Of a stretch of DNA of 64,000 bases, positions 49,645 through 60,134 are shown in pieces; the first letter of the stretch is position 1; every line of letters begins with the position of its first letter. Where the stretch lies: the IMG/VR virus record IMGVR_UViG_3300009030_000001, positions 1 to 64,000 of that record; one strand, written 5' to 3'. This DNA is from a virus. A program made the translations under genes and the position numbers. The notes beneath the pieces are model-generated. The model did no database searches, was not told the origin of the DNA, and was given only the letters and a program-made list of their open reading frames with translations.

Positions 49645-50594
49645 ATGAGTGAGCGAGATCGGGTTCGTAGAGGGCATCTGGTGACTCGTGAGAATCATCC
49701 ACTGTGGGGCACCAACGATTTGTGGTGGCACGTAGGCGACTTGCACGTCTACATCAAATCCCTACGGGACTCCCTCGCCGCCACTGAGAAGGTGGTGAAG
49801 TTTGCAAGGCATCGACCTGAGTGCCCCCTATGGCAGACCACTCGACCGCAGAACTTCACTTGCGACTGTGGATACGACGAAGCCCTCGCCGCCCTAGACA
49901 CCACCCCCAAGGGAGGAGAAGACCATGAGTGAGCGATGGGAAGAGATCAGAGACGAGATCAATAACGTCTACATCCCACTGCCAGCGTCCGGGGATACAC
50001 GCTGGGATCAGCTAGGCATCGCTGCCAAGCGCATCGCTGCCGCTGAGAAGGTGGTGGAGGCTGCGAGGCCCCTAATGGAGACGGAGGTTGGAGACTACGC
50101 CGCGCACCTGACTGCGCTGCTGATTTTGAAGCAAGCCCTAGACAACACACCCAAGGGAGAAGAGTCGTGACCAGCGTATTGTACTGCACGAAGCACGGCC
50201 AAGTATCGCCCACCACGGTTGGAACATGCCCGAACTGTCCCAGTCAGATCGACATCACGCCGCTACCGGAACCATCCACACGGCCAAACCAAGGCTGGCT
50301 GTGCCCAGCGTGCGGACGAGGCAACGCGCCATTCGTGACGCAGTGCAGTTGTGAACCCAAGGGAGTAGGAGAAGACACATGCAACTAGCGAATGAATCAG
50401 CGGCTATCGCGCTCGACGTTGTGGACCCTGACCCGGAAACGGTGGAAGCCCTCAACGCCAAGATTCGACAGTTCTTGGAGCTTGCCGTAGACACGCGAGA
50501 CCAACACCGGGAAGTGACGTTCCGCCTCGCCTGCGCCCTCGCCGACTTCGCAGACGTGTGGGCACCCAAGGGAGTAGGAGGCGAAGGCACATGA
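49645..50594 (+). other. Four small genes each ending in ...PKG / CCCAAGGGAG (49645-49932, 49925-50170, 50167-50388, 50379-50594)
   Basis: Shared junction motif at 49906, 50150, 50356 and 50565. Confidence 0.6.
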
Positions 50595-52006
50595 TTGAGA
50601 ACACACCAGACCCATCGTTCTATCACGAGTCGATCGCGACATGGCTGGCAGCAGGCGGTGACTTCACCGTGGAGGGGCAGTCGTTCGTGAAGTCGAAACC
50701 GGGGATGAGCGAGCGCAACGGCCGACGCGTGTTTGAGCAACACTTTTGGCTGATTCAAGAACGCTGGGTGAAGCTCGCCGTGTCGATCCGGCCCACCAGC
50801 CCGCTCGCGGACTGCTTCGCGACGATGGGATACGGACACACCGCGACGAGTGCGCCTGTGTTCATGCGGCGTGGCACGTACATCGGTACAGGCGCAGCCG
50901 ATGTCTATCTGGACTTCAACGAGGGCATGTGCGTGCATGGCCAAGGCGCATCGTCTGTCCATTTTACGTTCAACTTTGAAACCGGTAAAACCGGCCCCGT
51001 CACCACATCGAAAGACGCAACCAAGAACGTCCCGCATGACGGCAATCAGACCGGCGGGCACTGGCCGTACATGCAAGTCACGACGCCGTTGGAGACTGGC
51101 ACGATTGACGACTGGCGCCGACGACTCTACGCGCACGCACGCTACGGCGGACGGTTCGTACACAAGGACACAGGCATCGTCGTAACCGAGACGGACTGGC
51201 CCAAGGCCGTGCTGCAAAACGGCACGCACTTCCACCGCGAGACGAAGACGTGGATCAACTACACGCATCCATCAGAACCGTGGCGGGACAAAGGCGACAT
51301 GCGCACCGCGGACGATCAGCACTTCAGCGTGTACGATGCGCTGTGCGAGGTCTACACGGAATACCCATGGGACGAAGGGCTGCGCTGGGAGGTGATCTTC
51401 GCAGCGAACCGGTTCCTGTTCCAGATCCCGGGCCATGACAAAGGCACTTACCAGTGGGATCCGGGGCAGGCCAGAGCGATGGGGCGCATCCCGAAGTTTG
51501 CGGCGAAGTGCGTCAAGGCGCTCCTTGCTGCCGGAGAGGATGATCTTGCGAAACAGGTAGGGATCCGGTCGGCGCAGCGGCTGAACAATCAGGTCAACGA
51601 GTTCCGTGACAACGTCGTCAACGGTCGGACGCCCTGGCCGAACTTCGAGGGGCGTGGCAAGCACTCGCCGGCCGAGATCGGTATCTGGTGGTGGGGTCTG
51701 GATGCGGCGCGGAAGATGTTCGCCGAATACGGCGTCGACTTCCTGGAGGCAGAGGTGCGCTACATGATGAACGTGATCGCGCGGTTCTGCTTCGACTCGT
51801 TCTTCTGGAAGGATGGCCGTCTGGAACTGCCGTACTACGTGCGCACCGACGACACCCATCCGCGATCACCATCAGGCGGCAGACACTTCGCTTGGCTCGC
51901 GTCACGACACGCCGACGTCCGCACCCTCGACGACGAGACCAAGATGGATGCCATGATCGATATGGGGAATGGAATCGAGGCCCGGTTCAAGGGTGATCTG
52001 GCGTGA
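50591..52006 (+). CDS. Large hypothetical protein (471 aa)
   Basis: RBS GGAGG; aromatic/His-rich; no family recognised. Confidence 0.7.
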   Translation: MIENTPDPSFYHESIATWLAAGGDFTVEGQSFVKSKPGMSERNGRRVFEQHFWLIQERWVKLAVSIRPTSPLADCFATMGYGHTATSAPVFMRRGTYIGTGAADVYLDFNEGMCVHGQGASSVHFTFNFETGKTGPVTTSKDATKNVPHDGNQTGGHWPYMQVTTPLETGTIDDWRRRLYAHARYGGRFVHKDTGIVVTETDWPKAVLQNGTHFHRETKTWINYTHPSEPWRDKGDMRTADDQHFSVYDALCEVYTEYPWDEGLRWEVIFAANRFLFQIPGHDKGTYQWDPGQARAMGRIPKFAAKCVKALLAAGEDDLAKQVGIRSAQRLNNQVNEFRDNVVNGRTPWPNFEGRGKHSPAEIGIWWWGLDAARKMFAEYGVDFLEAEVRYMMNVIARFCFDSFFWKDGRLELPYYVRTDDTHPRSPSGGRHFAWLASRHADVRTLDDETKMDAMIDMGNGIEARFKGDLA

Positions 52007-52461
52007 CGGACAGACCGCCGATCAGGCTAATCCTGCCGTACCCGCCGACCATCAACACGTACTACCGATTCGCGCCGGGCGATACCCAGCCGAGGATAAG
52101 CCCAAAAGGGCGAGCGTACCAAACGCGGATCACGATGCTATGCATGCGGGTGAAGCCATTCCGAATGGACGAACGCCTGCACATGACGATCGGCGCGTGG
52201 GTGCCAGACAAGCGGATGCGAGACATCGACAACATCGAAAAGCCGCTGATCGATTCCATGGAGAAGGCTGGCATCTACCCCAATGACGAACAGATCGACG
52301 TGCTCTCGATCGATCGGTTGTTCTCTGATCCGATCCGTCCGGGTGTCCGGTTCCTTGACGGTGAGGTCTATGTGACGATCCGACTGGCCCAGGACATGGA
52401 GTTACGAGTGGCCGCGTTCCTCGAAGACTTCGGTTCCATCAAAACCGTCGACTCGCTCTGA
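52003..52461 (+). CDS. rusA: RusA-family Holliday junction resolvase
   Basis: LPYPPTIN.YY, PDKR.RDIDN..K...D.M..AG...ND.QID. Confidence 0.9.
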   Translation: MTDRPPIRLILPYPPTINTYYRFAPGDTQPRISPKGRAYQTRITMLCMRVKPFRMDERLHMTIGAWVPDKRMRDIDNIEKPLIDSMEKAGIYPNDEQIDVLSIDRLFSDPIRPGVRFLDGEVYVTIRLAQDMELRVAAFLEDFGSIKTVDSL

Positions 52462-52503
52462 ATTATGTATACGATGGCGGCATTCCAACCACAGGAGCAG
52501 AAC

Positions 52504-52608
52504 ATGCCAAGACACATCCCGGCCAGGAAGAAGACGAAGAAGGCCACGAAGAAGGTGGTGGTTCCCAAGAAGGTGACGAAGAAGAAGGGCGGGCGGCGGA
52601 GGCGGTAG
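52504..52608 (+). CDS. Very basic 34-aa peptide (histone/protamine-like)
   Basis: AGGAG RBS; MPRHIPARKKTKKATKKVVVPKKVTKKKGGRRRR; below the ORF-track size cutoff. Confidence 0.55.
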   Translation: MPRHIPARKKTKKATKKVVVPKKVTKKKGGRRRR

Positions 52609-52613
52609 GGCGG

Positions 52614-54044
52614 ATGACAACCTGCGTCAATCACGAGTTCGAGAGCGATACGTCCACGACGTGCATGCATTGCGGCGATAGGTTCCCGCTCGTGAAGCGG
52701 AATCCTGGGTATCGAGATCGGTGCGAAGCCCAGATGGTGGCGTGGGTCGACGGTGATTCACGGCACAACGATATCGACGACGAGTGCTGCCCGGACTTTT
52801 CGTGCTGCTCCGAACAGCGGACGCCACGAGATCAGCGGGAAGCGTTCGCTGCTGCCACTGGCAGGGAACGGGAGATGATGCTGATGACGTTCATGAGTCG
52901 AGGAATCGAACTGATGGGACATGGCGGGAAGGTCCACATCGCAGGAAGGGAGGGCGGATAATGCCATATCACTCGTTCAAGATTACGAATCCAAAACCGA
53001 TGCCGTTCCTCGGCGAACAGTTCATGCCGACGCCCGGTGGCATCCTCGTCCCGAAGGACTCCGACCTAGCGAAACCAGCGGCTGATCACTTTACGCTTGC
53101 CAGTTGGATGGATCCGAAGTACGTGATCGACCCGGCGATGATGAAGGCGCAATTCAGCACTGGTAGCTACGCATGCGCCAAGGTCCAGCAGGCCGAGATG
53201 GACAAGGTCATCGAGAATCCCAAACGGCACACAAGCTCCGAGATTCGCCGGATCGGTAACTGCGCCGTCGCCGACCTACTCAAGATGAGGCGGTGGTAGG
53301 CCCGTCGCCATGAACCGCCGCGCCGTCCTGAAATCTCTGATCAGGTCCGACGATGGCAAGCGTCTCGCGCTCGGAGTGCCAACTGATCTGTACGACCATC
53401 CACCGCGATGGGAACACATGCGCGGACGCAAGGCGATCGTCTGCCTGATGACCAGCTACGAACGTCTCATGGCTTCGGATGCACCGTTCAAAATCTCCGG
53501 GGTCGAGGGGAACACGATAGTCGTAGCAGCCACGGTCGCCCGCAATCTTCGCGCTCGTGCACCGTTGCCAACCGAGGCTACGCCACAGCCCACCGATACG
53601 ATCCGAGTAGCGCCGACTCGTAGAGAAGTCAGTGTGATGGTTTGCGATCCTGTCGTGTTCGACCTGTCCAGCTTCCTCAAGATCTTTAGATGGAAAGTAC
53701 CGCTGTCACACTACAGCGTGTCTTGGATGGGAGAAGACGGGTCGATTCAGCACATGGCGAGTCCGTTCGGATTCCATCTGGAGACGAGGTACGCGAGTAT
53801 CACGATGCCATTCACGGAGGGACTGGTCACATTTGCGCCCAATGGCTGACGATCCAGCATGCTCGAAGTAGTCGACACAACCACCGCAGGATTCGGAGAC
53901 ATCGTGATCATCGACGGTCCGGTCCCTATCCTGCTGATCATCGAGCCGTATCGCGAGTCACGGCCTGAACTCATGACTCGCCCACGTTTGTTCGGCGTGG
54001 CCCCCGTCACCTGGGCGCCGGACCACCGTCGCAGGAAAGGTTGA
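52614..54044 (+). other. Hypothetical genes (52614-52961, 52961-53299, 53310-53849, 53859-54044)
   Basis: Co-oriented ORFs; the first has an ECCPDFSCC motif. Confidence 0.55.
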
Positions 54045-54152
54045 CCCGCGCCGGGGTGAGCCCGGCTGACTAAGCTCGCGGCGATCTACAACAATCGACC
54101 GCTGGCTTGGTTGCAATGGACATCGGCTCGCCCAGGGTGGCGGGCCGACTTG

Positions 54153-55730
54153 CTACCAGAGCGCATCCTCGCCGTACTGCGCCCCGTCGATCGGGAAGTC
54201 GGCATAAATTCGGTAGCCAAATCCATCCGAACAATGGGTGAGCATGCTGCCTTGGGTCTTCTCGATTTCGCGCGTGCCTTCCTTCGGGCACACGTCTTCG
54301 AAGTCAGTCACGAGATGCGGTGCCTTGTCCGGGTCGATGAGAGTGGAAACCGTGCCGTCGGTTGCCATCAGGTGGGCATTGACGGCGTTGGTCCTGGATA
54401 CTTCAGGTGGGTTGGCGCGTGGAACCCGGAACATACACCGATCGGGGAACTGCTTTCGCGCCATCTCGCGGATGATGTCCCAGTCTGATCCTCGCACGGA
54501 TGTTGTCTTCTTCGCTCCGCCGGTAGCATCGCCGAAGAACCTGACCCGGCCCTTGTGCTGGCCCCAGTCCTTGTTGAACTGCTCCATGACCCGGGGCGTA
54601 TTCGACATCGATTGGATCCAGACTTCGCCGATGACTGCGGTGACGACGTTGGCGACATCGGATCTCGGCCCGGTGTAGGGTTGCTCCTGCGAGATGATCA
54701 GGACGCCGGGAGCAGTGTTGAAGTCGGCGGATACGTCGATCGGTAGACGTGGGTCGTAATCCAAGTGCACGAGGTGCGCTTCGCGGCTGAACTGGTAGTA
54801 GATTCGGTCCCCGGTAGTCTCGAACGATGCCTCCCATTCCGAGGCGAAGGTCATCGGATCGGTGCGCCGCTGGATCCGTTCTAACTTGGCCGGCGACAGG
54901 ATGTCCTTCGACTTCCAAGTGAACCCATCGAAGTCTTGCCAGTCTGGCGTGTCGAGCTTCGCGTTGTCGTAGAACTTCTTGTAGTGCGGCCGACCACGAG
55001 GCACGCCGAAGATCCATGCCCAACCCTCGCGACCAACTTCCGTCAGCACGGCTTCAAGGTGCTTCTCCCACAGCTTGTCGCCCTTCCGCATGTCGCCGAA
55101 CTCGTCAACGATCATGCCGTCGACCGGCTTGCCTTCAACACGAGACGGCACGTCCAGTCCTCGGATTCGGATCTGCGCACCGTTCCACAGGTAGATGGTG
55201 AGTCGACCCTCGGAGATGTCAGTGATGAACCGCGGCGGGATGAATGCCTTGATGTCGTCCCAGAACAAGTCCCGAGCCTGATCGTGGGTTGGTGCACATG
55301 CGAAGAACCGGCCGTCGGGGTGGGCGTGAAACGACAGCGCACGCATGACGAAGAAACGCATCGCGCGCTCACTTTTGCCAGAACGTCTTCCCGACGGGAT
55401 GACCACGAATCGAGCGACGCAGTTCCACAGCGCGTGCTGGATGGCGTGGATGAACAGGGGGTACCAGCGCGGGGTCAGGACTCGGGGCCATTCCTCGCGC
55501 TTCAGGGCCAACACAGCCTCGAAGTCTTCTTCCGGGCCCGGTTTGTCGTAGTCCAGGTCCAGGGACTTCATCGCCGCGATGGTCTCGGCCAGATCCTCGC
55601 ACCGGTCCTTCCACTTGGTTGGTGGTTCGTTGCCGGTTCTGAGGAAGTCGCGGCCAGCCTGTTGGAACCCACGGTCGCCGAACAAGGCGCGGAGCTTGCG
55701 CAGAGTGGTCTTGAGGGTTCGGGTGCTCAC
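54153..55730 (-). CDS. terL: Terminase large subunit
   Basis: Walker A GRRSGKS, APTHDQA, Walker B MIVDE, E..ASF, nuclease DFN, GDATG, H.SDGFGY. Confidence 0.92.
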   Translation of the reverse strand: MSTRTLKTTLRKLRALFGDRGFQQAGRDFLRTGNEPPTKWKDRCEDLAETIAAMKSLDLDYDKPGPEEDFEAVLALKREEWPRVLTPRWYPLFIHAIQHALWNCVARFVVIPSGRRSGKSERAMRFFVMRALSFHAHPDGRFFACAPTHDQARDLFWDDIKAFIPPRFITDISEGRLTIYLWNGAQIRIRGLDVPSRVEGKPVDGMIVDEFGDMRKGDKLWEKHLEAVLTEVGREGWAWIFGVPRGRPHYKKFYDNAKLDTPDWQDFDGFTWKSKDILSPAKLERIQRRTDPMTFASEWEASFETTGDRIYYQFSREAHLVHLDYDPRLPIDVSADFNTAPGVLIISQEQPYTGPRSDVANVVTAVIGEVWIQSMSNTPRVMEQFNKDWGQHKGRVRFFGDATGGAKKTTSVRGSDWDIIREMARKQFPDRCMFRVPRANPPEVSRTNAVNAHLMATDGTVSTLIDPDKAPHLVTDFEDVCPKEGTREIEKTQGSMLTHCSDGFGYRIYADFPIDGAQYGEDALW

Positions 55731-56098
55731 GCCTTCACAACGGCCATCTGTTTTCGACTAAGTCCAAAACGGGCGAGGATGATGTCGGCAGCATTTGCGT
55801 TCAGCTTCGATATCGGATCTCCAGGATTCTTGCAGATCATCCTCACCACGGGCTCTATCGATGGATTTGGCTCGTACCACTCTCCACGTAGACGCGTGAA
55901 CTGTCGCTTCAGAACACGGTGGCATCGCCTTTCGGTACGCTGTGACCCAGGTAACGTGAACACGATCGTCATCGGCAAGTGATTACCACTTTGCAGGACT
56001 TGCCGTCTGCGGTTCACATCGCTGGATGAGAATCCGACCTTGATTGCCCCGTCGCAGGCGATGCAATATACGGTTCCTTGGTGATGCGCATCAGTCAC
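55727..56098 (-). CDS. GIY-YIG (T5orf172/MUG113-like) nuclease
   Basis: VYCI....IKVGFS....RR..LQSGN...ER..H......R.RGEWY. Confidence 0.8.
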   Translation of the reverse strand: MTDAHHQGTVYCIACDGAIKVGFSSSDVNRRRQVLQSGNHLPMTIVFTLPGSQRTERRCHRVLKRQFTRLRGEWYEPNPSIEPVVRMICKNPGDPISKLNANAADIILARFGLSRKQMAVVKA

Positions 56099-56628
56099 GA
56101 CCGAACCTCATCGAACCTGATGTCTTCGATTGTGCACGGGGCGCCGTGGTACGGTGTCAACGTCCCTGCGCGGAATTGCTTTCCGCGGTCTTTCCCTAGC
56201 ACGCTGTCTTGCACGTCTGGCGATTGCTTGCTCAACCATTTGCCGTAGGTCATCGACGATCCTTTCAGCCGGGCAATCTCAGCCTCCGCGTCGTCTAGTC
56301 GCTTGTGACACCAGCAGACTTCGCACCAGCCATTGGGACGGCCGTACTCGTCGACCGTGTCATCCGGACCGTCATGTATTCCTGGCATCGATAGTCCAGG
56401 AATCCCGATGTAGTGCGCACAGTCGCCGCGATGCGGACCGGCATGAAGACATCCATGCCGTAGCCTGAGATCGCCTCGTTGCCATCCACAGCATCTATCG
56501 TCAAGCAGCCACCGGTCCCGAGTAGTACCCCGAGGTTTCGACGCCGCAGCGAGGATCGCACTGGGCAGCAGGCCAGCCAGAGGTAGCGGGATCAGTCCCG
56601 CGAGAAGTGCACGTCGGTCCATGGTCAT
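56095..56628 (-). CDS. Chimeric hypothetical protein: twin-Arg leader + Cys/His region + Mu-F-like C-terminal fragment
   Basis: DRRALLAGL...; C-terminal TYGKWLSKQ...VQDSVLGK.RGK.FR.G. Confidence 0.5.
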   Translation of the reverse strand: MTMDRRALLAGLIPLPLAGLLPSAILAAASKPRGTTRDRWLLDDRCCGWQRGDLRLRHGCLHAGPHRGDCAHYIGIPGLSMPGIHDGPDDTVDEYGRPNGWCEVCWCHKRLDDAEAEIARLKGSSMTYGKWLSKQSPDVQDSVLGKDRGKQFRAGTLTPYHGAPCTIEDIRFDEVRS

Positions 56629-56655
56629 CCTGTTTCTCCTGTTGGTGTGCAGAAT

Positions 56656-57159
56656 CTAGACGCCGCGCTCCGCAGCATCCTTGATCCCAGCGGCAAGCCG
56701 GTTCGACTCCATGTACTTGTTGCGTCTCTGTGCCGGGTACCATTCATCCTCGCGCCAGCGATCTGCATGTCCCTTCCAGTCCCGCGCGAACTTGACCCTA
56801 TTCGGGCGCCCATCGTCGGCTTCGCCTTCGACCCTCACAGATTCGTAGGCATCAAAGATCAAAAACCATGCAGAGTACATCGCACCCATCAGGCGCTCGT
56901 TCTCGGCCTTGAGTTCGTCGCGTTCCTTCGCGACTTCTTGGAGAGTGTCGGCCACGCTACCGATCTCGGCCCGCTGATGTGCGATCAGACCGCCAACGGA
57001 AGTCGCATCGGTTCCATGCAGGGCTTCGAGGCATTCGGCCTTCCAACTATTGACCTCGGCTTGCGCTTCGTCCTTCTTGGGCTTGGAGTCAAGCGAAGAT
57101 CGGAACGAGAAGGGGATGAGAGCCGCAATAGCGGACAGCGAGAACAGTCGACGATTCAT
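56656..57159 (-). CDS. Hypothetical protein with RR leader and coiled coil
   Basis: MNRRLFSLSAIAALI...ERDELKAENERL. Confidence 0.55.
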   Translation of the reverse strand: MNRRLFSLSAIAALIPFSFRSSLDSKPKKDEAQAEVNSWKAECLEALHGTDATSVGGLIAHQRAEIGSVADTLQEVAKERDELKAENERLMGAMYSAWFLIFDAYESVRVEGEADDGRPNRVKFARDWKGHADRWREDEWYPAQRRNKYMESNRLAAGIKDAAERGV

Positions 57160-57248
57160 GATGGACTCCTAGTCACGGGATGAAAACCGGCCTGATGCCG
57201 TTGGCTTGGACAGCTTACCGTATACGGAACGTCGCCGGCTTTGAAGTG

Positions 57249-57812
57249 TCATTCCGTGGTTGCTGGCTTCGGAACCCTGATCCGCCTAGACCAGATCCGG
57301 AGCCCGATCAGGCCGAAGATCAGCACGACCACGATGCCGAACAGGCCGTAGCGTTCCCAGATGGCCTGGAAGTATCGGTAGTAGTCCTCCGATTCCGTCA
57401 GTTCGACGCGCAACTTGGCAACCTCCGCGGTTCGTTCCGTCAACTCTCGGGTGCGGTCGACTAGATCACGCGAGATCGCGTCCCGTTCGCGCGTGCGAGT
57501 GGACAGGTCACCTTCGATGTGAACGATCTGATCCCGCAGTCCCTGTGCGGCTGCGCGTTCCTTCGCGGCGTCAGCTGTCAGCGAGGTCACGCGTTCGGCA
57601 GTCCCCGCTCCGCCGGATCCCGTCCGTCCCCTGAAGATCTCCTTGGACTCGTCGTCCATGTGGAAGCCAGGAGCGAGCGTTGCCCCGACATGGTAGAACT
57701 GATTACCGGTCAACGGATCGTAGCTCACGCCACCGCTTGGCACGATGCGGTAGTTGCCCCAAGGCACGCAGGACGAAAGGGCTAGGAACGCCACCACGAA
57801 CATGGTCTTCAT
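57249..57812 (-). CDS. Lipoprotein with C-terminal TM helix (unimolecular spanin-like)
   Basis: MKTMFVVAFLALSS-C lipobox; coiled coil; C-terminal YGLFGIVVVLIFGLIGL followed by a basic tail. Confidence 0.55.
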   Translation of the reverse strand: MKTMFVVAFLALSSCVPWGNYRIVPSGGVSYDPLTGNQFYHVGATLAPGFHMDDESKEIFRGRTGSGGAGTAERVTSLTADAAKERAAAQGLRDQIVHIEGDLSTRTRERDAISRDLVDRTRELTERTAEVAKLRVELTESEDYYRYFQAIWERYGLFGIVVVLIFGLIGLRIWSRRIRVPKPATTE

Positions 57813-57894
57813 GGGGGCAGAATGGTAGCCGAATCGGTGAAATCCGAGGTTTCCGTATACGAAACCGCACGCGGGCAAGGTAGAGTCTCGACTT

Positions 57895-60068
57895 ATGAAG
57901 TACTGTGCAGGTTGCAATGGCGCGATTTCGGACGGCAATGACGTGCAACGTGATGGGGACGACTACCACACTGAATGCGCGTCCAAGTTTGATTCGGAGC
58001 ATGGTGTTCCGTCTGTTGCGGCAAGTCCGTTGACCGAGGATGTCGAAGCTCGCTACTGCCCACCGAAGGATGGTCCTCAAATCGAAGTGACCCGCCCCCT
58101 TCGCGGTTATCTGGGTGTCTACCCCAGTGCCCTGAGTGATCTTCGCGACATCGTGGAATCAGCAAGCTCGACCGAAGCGGACATCGTGACAGCTTCGATA
58201 AGACTATTTGATCGTACAACCAAGCCGCCTAGAAAACGGATGGCCGAAGCGATGATCGAAGAACGCGGAACGGCGCGACTGGCCGAGCGGCACCGGTTGC
58301 TTCTGGCTGCTATGGAAGAACTTCGGCAGCCGGTCGATGAGATGACCCGCCGCATTGCCGCGAAAGCAGTGGCGCAAGACCGTGAATTGGAAGACTACGA
58401 ATCTGAGGACTGACATGGAACAGGGCCAGTTCAACTTCGAGGAAGGCAAGCGCAGGCGCGACGAGGCGATGGGACGGGCGGACAACCACGCCAACAACGA
58501 ATGGAAGGTGCTCGCCAGCATGGCGGTCTTCCTGCTCGCCGGAGGAATGGAGACGTTCACGACCGACGACGTGTGGCAGTTGCTCGCGACTCGACCAGAG
58601 GTTACTACGCACGAACCGAGGGCATTGGGGCCGGTGATGACCAAGGCCCAAGTGAGTGGACTGATCGAACCCATCGATGGACTGTTCAGGAAGTCGATTC
58701 AGTCGGTTTGCCATCGTAGATCCAAGCAGGTTTGGAGGGCGACTGATGTCTAAGCCTTGCAAGCCCAGATTCACCGCAGCGGACTTTCCGCCGCATCCCT
58801 ACGAGCCATCGCCCACTGGCAAGCCGTGTCCGACATGCAAGCAACGGGAGGGCGACAACAACCTGCTTGGAGACTGTCGCGTTTGTGCGGCGGTGTTCTT
58901 CAACAAGATCGCCGACGAGGATGAACCCCATGTCTAAGTTCGAGTTCTTCGAATGCGAAACCTGTCAGGCCAAACCAGGATCGCCGAGTCTGTGTGCTGG
59001 CTGCATCAAGAATCGCGAGACCATTTCGGAGCTAAACCGATTCCTGCGCCGCGCCGAGCAGGGCATGGACGCAATCGAGTTGTTCCCAGGTGCAGCCAGG
59101 GCAATCGCTAGTTACTACAACATGGAACTTCGCTGCACCGGATACACCGATGGATGAATCCAAGGCCGAGGCAGTCGAGAAGGCAATCCTGGACGCGGTC
59201 CCCCACGTACGCGCGATCGTTCGCATGGTCGCTGGCGGTCAAGTAGCCGATGCCGCTTCCGATTCAGTGTTCGTGCCTGCTGCCAACTACCTGATGGGTG
59301 TGGTGAGTGAGCGCACATCCGAGTTGAAGGCCGAGCGGGACGACTCCTGGAAGAATGGTAACGAGGCGATTATCGGTTGGGCAAAGGACAAGTCAGAGAT
59401 GATCCGTATGGCCGTCGAGATCGCCAAGCTAAAGGCTGTGGTAGATGCAGTCCCGAAACTGCTGGAGCGAATTGAAGGTGTCGCAGAGTTCTACTACGAC
59501 CTAGATCAATCCCCCGATGGGGCGACACCTGCATGGGACTTGCTCAAGTTGGCGATGGATAAGATCCGTGCCACCACCGGAGCCTCCCATGAGTGACCAC
59601 GACAATACTGAGGATGAAAGGTGCCCAAAGTGCGGGTACACAGCCAAGGACGCTTTCATTCACGGCGATCACCACCTATGCGACGGCGAGATCCCGATCG
59701 CGATGACTCCTGACGAGTTGGTGATCGATACCCTACAAGACCGTATCATCGCCCTAGAGTCCGCCATGCCCAAGACCCCTGAAGAGTTGGTGTTCGAACA
59801 GTTCGTGACCGGTGCCTCGAAGGCGATCCAAGACCGCGACAAGTACCGTCGCGACTACCACGAGATAGCCGGGATGCACATGGCTGCGGTCATCGAGCGG
59901 AACGAGATGCTGCGGCTTCTGCGGGAGATAGACTGCGTCTTGCCGGAGTCGAGCACCGACATGGAAGATCGCATCACCGAATTGCTTCACCGGTACCGAG
60001 ACGTCAGGATCCCGAACGTGGTGGTCGGCGAGGCGCATGCCACCGGCGGAAGCAGCGCGAAGGGCTAG
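57895..60068 (+). other. Accessory genes (57895-58413, 58415-58753, 58746-58937, 58930-59157, 59150-59596, 59589-60068)
   Basis: Coupled ORFs, several with CxxC. 58415 has an FTTDDV...HEPRALG.V wHTH-like motif. Confidence 0.6.
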
Positions 60069-60134
60069 CTCTTGCCTCGACAGGTCCGCTGGTGCTAGGA
60101 TTGTTCCAGCCGTTGGAACCCACCCGGCGAACCG

